Assembly: GCA_005191425.1 (NCBI GenBank)
Contig: SUPR01000154.1
Coordinates: 1-6,335 of the forward strand
Source of the DNA: Candidatus Helarchaeota ASGARD archaeon Hel_GB_B
GTDB lineage: Archaea > Asgardarchaeota > Lokiarchaeia > Helarchaeales > HEL-GB-B
DNA: 6,335 nt
Direction: 5' to 3'
A program made the position numbers and the translations under genes. Each line of letters opens with the position of its first letter. Position 1 is the first letter of the stretch. Shown piece after piece: positions 1-4,982 of the stretch. A model generated the notes under the pieces. It saw nothing but the letters and a program-made list of their open reading frames with translations, was not told the DNA's origin and ran no database searches.

Positions 1-1
1 C

Positions 2-175
2 ATTCTCAAAAAAATGGTCAATTTTCGTGGTAAAAGGTCTGTATCTGCTTGGAATTTAGTTTTATATTTTCATTTTAAAATTCGCCAGTTTCCTGATCTG
101 GTCGAAGATGTAGTGAACGGGATGAAAATATGTCCGATTATTGCAAGGAGGTCTGAAAATCTATTCTGGAGGTGA
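2..175 (+). CDS. Possible 3' end of an upstream gene (partial, 57 aa, product unknown)
   Basis: Frame +2 is open from the window edge to TGA at 173-175: ILKKMVNFRGKRSVSAWNLVLYFHFKIRQFPDLVEDVVNGMKICPIIARRSENLFWR*. The segment is visibly more GC-rich than the DNA at 200-385, and the other five frames hit stops. Family not recognised. Confidence 0.45.
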   Translation: MLKKMVNFRGKRSVSAWNLVLYFHFKIRQFPDLVEDVVNGMKICPIIARRSENLFWR

Positions 176-176
176 T
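168..176 (+). promoter_or_regulatory. Shine-Dalgarno-like GGAGGTGAT overlapping the TGA stop of the partial ORF
   Basis: Exact GGAGGTGAT at 168-176, matching the archaeal-type consensus. The GTG 5 nt downstream (182) opens only a 4-codon ORF, so function is uncertain. Confidence 0.3.
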
Positions 177-344
177 TAAAAGTGGTGAGAAATTAAATTC
201 AGAAATTATTTATGTAAAAAATTCCACTTAATGAAAGCAACGATAAATAAAAACTCAAAAAATTTAATTTTCATAAAACATTCTATTGAAATTAGAGTTT
301 TTTCATATGATTCATATTGGGAAATTTTTTGTAATATGAAATTA

Positions 345-355
345 ATATTTAAATT
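345..355 (+). promoter_or_regulatory. Candidate archaeal TATA box for ORF 386..646
   Basis: ATATTTAAATT (TTTAAA at 348-353), about 33 nt upstream of ATG 386. Weak evidence given the AT-rich background. Confidence 0.3.
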
Positions 356-385
356 GGAATAACAAAAAATTGGATAGGTGGATAA

Positions 386-646
386 ATGAAAACGAATTAT
401 TATGAATATAATTTAGAAAATGATTATGAAATTTATAATAATTTCTATGTAAATGAGCTGGGTCAAAGCTTGTTACAAAACGAAGTATTGTCGGATAATA
501 AACAAGATTTTGTGAAGGTAAAAAGGCAATATAAATCTAAAATATCCAAAAAAAGTTCAGGAATCGTAGATATTCTAATAGATTTGGTCGTGATATTAAT
601 AAGTTTGATGCTTTTTACATTATTAAGCTTTTTTTTGATGATTTAA
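386..646 (+). CDS. Small hypothetical protein with a single C-terminal transmembrane helix (tail-anchored-like)
   Basis: 86-aa ORF preceded by SD-like GGATAGGTGGATAA directly before the ATG. N-terminus is N/Y/E-rich, followed by a basic patch (KVKRQYKSKISKK) and a hydrophobic helix (IVDILIDLVVILISLMLFTLLSFFLMI) running to the stop. T5 tract at 649-653 follows. Confidence 0.55.
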   Translation: MKTNYYEYNLENDYEIYNNFYVNELGQSLLQNEVLSDNKQDFVKVKRQYKSKISKKSSGIVDILIDLVVILISLMLFTLLSFFLMI

Positions 647-1055
647 TATTTTTGAGCGCTTAGTCTTTAAAATAAAAAACTTTAATTTAATTTTAGAAAG
701 ATAACAACCTTTTTAGAAAACATTAGATAAAGTATTAAACAAACTAGAACAAATTGAAGTCGTAGTAAGAGAGTTTGTATAGTAAATTTTCCATGATTTT
801 TAACATATCGTCCAGAAAAAAAACATTAAAAATATTAATTTAAGTGATATTAATAAATTAGAAACTTAAAAACTAAATGAAATTTAAATTAGAAACAATT
901 TAAATTAAAATTCATATTATTAAATATAACCTATAAAAGATTTCTAACAATTTAAGTTAAATTTAAAAAGAACTTTTAATATATTTATTCACTCGAATAA
1001 TTTATAGAACAGAAAATATTTAATAAAAAATATTTATATTTAAATTAGTTAGAAT

Positions 1056-1109
1056 TTCATATAAAATTTAGATTATAATATTATTGATTAAAAGTAAATA
1101 ATGGAGATG
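1056..1109 (+). promoter_or_regulatory. Candidate TATA box and ribosome-binding site of the GTPase gene
   Basis: TTCATATAAAAT at 1056-1067 (contains TATAAAA). GGAGATG at 1103-1109, with GGAG ending 7 nt before ATG 1114. Confidence 0.4.
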
Positions 1110-1113
1110 TAAA

Positions 1114-2025
1114 ATGAAAATATCATTAGTTGGGCTATCTGGCTGTGGAAAGACCTCAATCTATGCTACTACATTTGCTTTTAAAAAACCAGAAGATACT
1201 GAGAAATTTGCTCCAACAGTCATGTATGAAGTACGTAATCATCCATATTTGGGTTTGAATGTTTCGATATTTGATTTTGGGGGGCAAGAACAATATCGAG
1301 AGAGTTATTTGGAAAAGACAGAGGTATTTAAAGAGACAGATATATTAATTCCAATAATAGATCTTCATGATAAAGATAGTTTTCAAGAAGCATCTAATTA
1401 TTTTTCAAAAATAGTAAATGTATTTCAATCTTTTGAAAAAAAGCCTAGGATAGTTATTTTTTATCATAAATATGATTCAAAAAATTTTGAAAAAGAAGCG
1501 TTAGAAGTGAATTATCAAGAAGCCAAGAAGATAATAGGCGAAATTTTCAAAGATTGGGATTATAAGGAATATAAAACTTCAATATATGACCAGGAACAAC
1601 TTTCAATGATCTTTAGAGACTTATTAGTAGCAAATTATAAGGACCTCCAAAAACAAGTAGAAAATACACAAGATCTTCTTAAAAACATTAACGCTAAGAT
1701 TATCATTAGCGATATTAATGGAAATGTTATTGTCCATAATGTAAGTGGTATTTCAACTGGACTACAATTAAGAGCTGATCTAAGAGATTTTATTTCATCT
1801 TGTAATACTTTAAGGGAAAACTTTTTCAGGTCAGATTCAGTAAAATTTGCTGGATCTACAGAAGAATCCGAAAAAGAAATGAATATATATATATTCAAAT
1901 ATATCTTGAGTGTTTTAATTATGGGAGAAAACCTATCAAGCAAAGAGTTCCAAGATGAAATATCACAATTATTGAAAGATATGGAGTTATTTGCACAATT
2001 AGTTGTAAAAGCACATGAAGAATAA
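1114..2025 (+). CDS. Rag/Gtr1-like small GTPase with C-terminal roadblock/longin-like domain
   Basis: G1 GLSGCGKTS (aa 7-15); switch I DTEKFAPTVMYE with Thr35 (cf. RagA DTRRLGATIDVE, recalled); G3 DFGGQ (54-58); G4 HKYD (118-121), the His form typical of Rag rather than NKxD; G5 TSIYD (155-159), as in RagC TSIYD / RagA TSIWD. Aa ~176-303 show a helix-strand(IIISDINGNVI)-helix-strands-helix pattern like a roadblock fold. RBS present. Confidence 0.92.
   Translation: MKISLVGLSGCGKTSIYATTFAFKKPEDTEKFAPTVMYEVRNHPYLGLNVSIFDFGGQEQYRESYLEKTEVFKETDILIPIIDLHDKDSFQEASNYFSKIVNVFQSFEKKPRIVIFYHKYDSKNFEKEALEVNYQEAKKIIGEIFKDWDYKEYKTSIYDQEQLSMIFRDLLVANYKDLQKQVENTQDLLKNINAKIIISDINGNVIVHNVSGISTGLQLRADLRDFISSCNTLRENFFRSDSVKFAGSTEESEKEMNIYIFKYILSVLIMGENLSSKEFQDEISQLLKDMELFAQLVVKAHEE
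1639..2022 (+). other. Roadblock/longin-like C-terminal domain of the GTPase
   Basis: ~128 aa after G5, with a hydrophobic-D-x-N-G-x-V-I hairpin typical of roadblock/profilin-like folds. Position matches the C-terminal roadblock domain of eukaryotic Rags. Fold is inferred from pattern only. Confidence 0.6.
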
Positions 2026-2039
2026 ACCAAAATTAATAG

Positions 2040-3209
2040 TTGATTGGAATTATGCCAAAATTAATTAAATTATCTACTGAAAAGGTTGCAGTGGCAGGTT
2101 TGCCACATCAAGTTTCAGTAACATTTGATATGACACTATTAGAATCAAATACATCTGTTGATTTTGCAGGTATTAGATTAATTTCCAATCGTCCATGTAA
2201 AAAAGATATATTGATCTCAAAAATAGATATATTTAATGGAGGAATTTTGGAATCTGGCATATATTCGCGTAATGTTAATCTAAATATCAGTAGAAGAGTA
2301 GTTCCTACAGTTATTGAAAGAAATATTAGATATTTTTTAAGAGGAACTATGGTAATTGAACATGAGACAGGAAAAAGGGAAGAATTCTTTGATGACCATG
2401 ACTTGACCATTATTGCTGAAAAAGAGCCGGTTAGAAGTCCAAGACCAATCTTACTACAAATTAAAAATATTAAAATAAAATTAGATAAGGACATTTTTGA
2501 AAAAGGAGAAACAATAAAAATAAACTATGAAACTGAAAAAATCAAATTACTAAAATTTAAACTTATAAAAGAAGCAAATGTATATTGTCATTGTGCAGAT
2601 TATGCAAAATGTGCTCATATAAAGCAGAATCCGCCGATCACTCTACAAAATCTCGACTTACATAATCCACCATCTTCAGATATTGTATACTTCAATTTAC
2701 CAAATGATTTGGAACCATCACATAATTGGAAATGGATTGGAGCTAGTACATCTTATTTTGAAAATTCAATTGGCGATTCAGTTTCTTATAACCTGGTAAT
2801 CAATGGAACTACATTTAATAATGAAATAATTAGCTTGAATGCACCAATTATTATCGTTGAACCGACCAAAGAAGATCTTTTTATGAAAGAAAAATCTACC
2901 CAACAACCATTTAAAACGACATTTTCTCCAAAAAATATAGAATTACAGAGCTGTATAGTTTCAAATAACATTATTACTTTTAAATTTAAAAATAATTCAA
3001 ATCAAAAACTTGAAGGAATAACAATTTCTATAACCGGTATTCAAAAATCATTTTTTGAAACACCATCATGGATGATCGGAAGACGCGAATGGAATCCTGG
3101 CGAAATTATTGAAGTTTCATATAATAATCACACACCAGATATAGAAAGCTATCAGTTTATTATTGAAACTAACTCTGGAATAAAAGTTAAAAAAATAGAA
3201 AATATTTAA
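2040..3209 (+). CDS. Arrestin-fold protein (arrestin N + C domains; alpha-arrestin/Vps26/SpoOM-like) with Cys/His insertion and extra C-terminal beta-domain
   Basis: N-domain pattern ILESGIYSRNVNLNISRRVVPT...NIRYFLRG (cf. LxxGxYxFxFxFxLPxxLPPS...IxYxL). C-domain pattern IKIKLDKDIFEKGETIKI...YFNLPNDLEPS...VSYNLVI...LNAPIIIV. The track uses TTG 2040, but ATG 2052 (MPKLIK) is the more likely start. Begins 14-26 nt after the GTPase stop. Confidence 0.75.
   Translation: MIGIMPKLIKLSTEKVAVAGLPHQVSVTFDMTLLESNTSVDFAGIRLISNRPCKKDILISKIDIFNGGILESGIYSRNVNLNISRRVVPTVIERNIRYFLRGTMVIEHETGKREEFFDDHDLTIIAEKEPVRSPRPILLQIKNIKIKLDKDIFEKGETIKINYETEKIKLLKFKLIKEANVYCHCADYAKCAHIKQNPPITLQNLDLHNPPSSDIVYFNLPNDLEPSHNWKWIGASTSYFENSIGDSVSYNLVINGTTFNNEIISLNAPIIIVEPTKEDLFMKEKSTQQPFKTTFSPKNIELQSCIVSNNIITFKFKNNSNQKLEGITISITGIQKSFFETPSWMIGRREWNPGEIIEVSYNNHTPDIESYQFIIETNSGIKVKKIENI
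2925..3206 (+). other. Unnamed ~90-aa beta-rich domain (FFETxSW motif), copy 1
   Basis: aa ~296-389: FKFKNNSNQKLEGITISITGIQKSFFETPSWMIGRREWNPGEIIEVSY. Aligns with the N-terminal part of the CBS protein. Confidence 0.7.
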
Positions 3210-3219
3210 TGTAAAATTA

Positions 3220-3230
3220 TTTTCTTTTTT
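3220..3230 (+). terminator. Oligo-T archaeal-type terminator after the GTPase-arrestin gene pair
   Basis: TTTTCTTTTTT starting 11 nt after TAA 3207-3209. Confidence 0.5.
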
Positions 3231-3558
3231 ATATAAAATGAAAAAGATCATTAATTGAAAGTCAATATTTGCTGAATTTTTGTACTCTCTATTTTAAGTA
3301 GAAATCTTTTACCTTTTCACTTTTGAGATTACACTAAAAAGTTAGTAAAATTCGCTTATTTTTATTAAAAATTCTAAATTAAAGAATTATTTTAAAAAAT
3401 TTATTTTAGCCTAAAATGAGAGATTATTTATTAATATTTAATAAAATAATAAAAAATTTGTAAATTAATAATAAATTTGCCAGATTTTTATAATAAAATA
3501 TCTAAAAAGAATTTATAGAAACAATGTATTGGGTTAAATGATTAAAATTTTCTTATTA

Positions 3559-3570
3559 TTCATATAAAAT
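3559..3570 (+). promoter_or_regulatory. Candidate TATA-containing promoter element for the surface protein gene
   Basis: TTCATATAAAAT, identical to 1056-1067, ending 31 nt before ATG 3602. Confidence 0.35.
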
Positions 3571-3592
3571 GTATTCCAAAAACATATAAAAA

Positions 3593-4852
3593 GTGGAAAA
3601 AATGAAAAATTTAAAAAGATTTTCAATGATTACAATTTTATTAATATCTCTACTTAATTTCATGATTATACAAACAATATACGCAAATAATAATGATATT
3701 TCAATAAATACCATATCGACAAAGGGAATAAATCTAGAAACCCAAAAATATTGGCACAATGGTTCGAATATAGTAATTTCAGATTTATCTTTAGAATATT
3801 GGTTAGATGCAAATGTGGTTCAAGGAGAAGATGTACTTTATGAAAATATGTTTATAACATATAAAGATATGACATATACAAGAGTTGGACTTCAAATAAC
3901 TGTCACTTTTGATAAAGGGGGACTAGATGTTGCTAGAAAAACGGTCTTAAATTGGTCTAAAGCAAAATCCTCCGCTATATGTATGATCAGTGATTCTACT
4001 TATCCAAATTATAAAAGAATTGAGTTTTCATTTAATGGGTTTGATATTGTCAATGGAACAGCAAAAGACCTCAAAATAGAAAAAAACAGTAATGAAGAGA
4101 GTTGGAATCACAATGTCAAAAACATAATTAGCTCAATTCAATTTAGAAATACAAATTATTATATAAACAATGTAGAATTAAATACTATTGACTATTTATA
4201 TAATAACCAAGTTCTGAAAAAAAGCATCTTTGATTTTAATGTAACTTTAAACAGCACTATTGGAACAGAAACGCAGAAAAATTATATTCCAGTAATTCTT
4301 AAGTTTCGGATTACGCACAATATAACGTCTACAATTTTCAAGTATGGAATGGACATTGACTGGAGTAAATGTAAAGCATTTCCGACAACAATACCACTTA
4401 GTACAGGTGATGATTTTACATTACTATCAAATGATTTAATCACTGTATCAAACGGAAATTGGCAAATTGGACATTTTACAACCGATCCAGAGAATAGAAC
4501 TGCAATATTTACAAAAAATGGAAATGAATTAGGGCGAGAATATTTTACGACGCAATACCAAATCAAGGGAAGTCCAACAACCTATAATACAACTAGGATA
4601 TATATACAAAATGAGTCAGATCCAGGTGGTATCTATGAGCCGCCCTATGTGTCAAAAGTTTTTGTCTGTTTTGATGGCTTTAAGTATAATCAGAGTACAG
4701 GACTAATTTTTGACCCTATTATAGTTATTCCTTGTTCTTCATCAATTGGTCTGTTTTATTTGATTATTTTTATTATTATACTCGCAGGAATATCAGCGGT
4801 TCCAGTTATTTTCATCATGAAACGGAGATCTAAACCCAAAACAGCCTCATAA
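3593..4852 (+). CDS. Secreted, single-pass (type I) membrane-anchored surface glycoprotein, function unknown
   Basis: Likely start ATG 3602: MKNLKR (basic n-region), FSMITILLISLLNFMII (h-region), TIYA|N (SPase-like site). Ten N-x-S/T sequons (NGS, NWS, NGT, NVT, NST, NIT, NRT, NTT, NES, NQS). Beta-rich ectodomain, C-terminal TM helix IGLFYLIIFIIILAGISAVPVIFIM (4745-4819) and basic tail KRRSKPKTAS. Confidence 0.85.
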   Translation: MEKMKNLKRFSMITILLISLLNFMIIQTIYANNNDISINTISTKGINLETQKYWHNGSNIVISDLSLEYWLDANVVQGEDVLYENMFITYKDMTYTRVGLQITVTFDKGGLDVARKTVLNWSKAKSSAICMISDSTYPNYKRIEFSFNGFDIVNGTAKDLKIEKNSNEESWNHNVKNIISSIQFRNTNYYINNVELNTIDYLYNNQVLKKSIFDFNVTLNSTIGTETQKNYIPVILKFRITHNITSTIFKYGMDIDWSKCKAFPTTIPLSTGDDFTLLSNDLITVSNGNWQIGHFTTDPENRTAIFTKNGNELGREYFTTQYQIKGSPTTYNTTRIYIQNESDPGGIYEPPYVSKVFVCFDGFKYNQSTGLIFDPIIVIPCSSSIGLFYLIIFIIILAGISAVPVIFIMKRRSKPKTAS

Positions 4853-4906
4853 TTTTTTCAATATTTCAATTTTTTTAATATTTTTACCATTTTAATGTAG
4901 TTTTTT
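4853..4906 (+). terminator. Serial oligo-T tracts (terminator) after the surface protein gene
   Basis: T6 at 4853-4858 directly after the stop, T7 at 4870-4876, T5 at 4881-4885, T6 at 4901-4906. Confidence 0.55.
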
Positions 4907-4982
4907 AATTTTTAATCAATTTTATTAATCCCAATTTTAATAATCATTTAAGATCATTAATTCCATAACACCTTTTTGAAAT

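Noticed and set aside
2-175. Partial ORF as a transposase C-terminus
   Set aside because: NFRGKRSV...LVLYFHF only loosely recalls DDE transposase tails. No catalytic residues or terminal inverted repeat can be identified in the window.
130-231. MSDYCKEV-TGA-KSILEVIK... as a possible selenoprotein (Lokiarchaeia use UGA-Sec)
   Set aside because: Spacing is CxxxU rather than CxxU, there is no similarity to known selenoproteins, no SECIS-like hairpin is evident, and it overlaps a better ORF in frame +2.
854-906. Direct repeat TAAATTAGAAAC (854-865, 885-896) and palindromes AATTTAAATT (881-890, 897-906)
   Set aside because: Only two copies each in near-pure AT sequence, with no CRISPR-like repeat-spacer periodicity or iteron array. 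Compatible with chance.
1101-1112. Mini-ORF ATG GAG ATG TAA just before the GTPase start
   Set aside because: Explained by the RBS sequence GGAGATG, with no independent evidence for a leader peptide.
1635-2030. 131-aa minus-strand ORF
   Set aside because: Antisense shadow of the GTPase gene, with no motifs and F/S/L/I-biased composition.
2108-2971. Minus-strand ORFs 2108..2494 and 2786..2971
   Set aside because: Fully antisense to the arrestin-fold gene, with no recognisable features.
3427-3445. Inverted repeat TTTATTAA-N3-TTAATAAA
   Set aside because: All A/T within a very AT-rich spacer, so expected by chance and too weak for a hairpin.
3556-4566. Minus-strand ORFs 3556..3759 and 4282..4566
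   Set aside because: Antisense to the surface protein gene. The hydrophobicity of the first reflects the A-rich sense strand.
2040-4852. PPxY (PY) motifs as in alpha-arrestins
   Set aside because: The arrestin protein has NPPI and NPPS but no PPxY. EPPY in the surface protein is extracellular and non-canonical. There is no support for Nedd4-type ligase recruitment.
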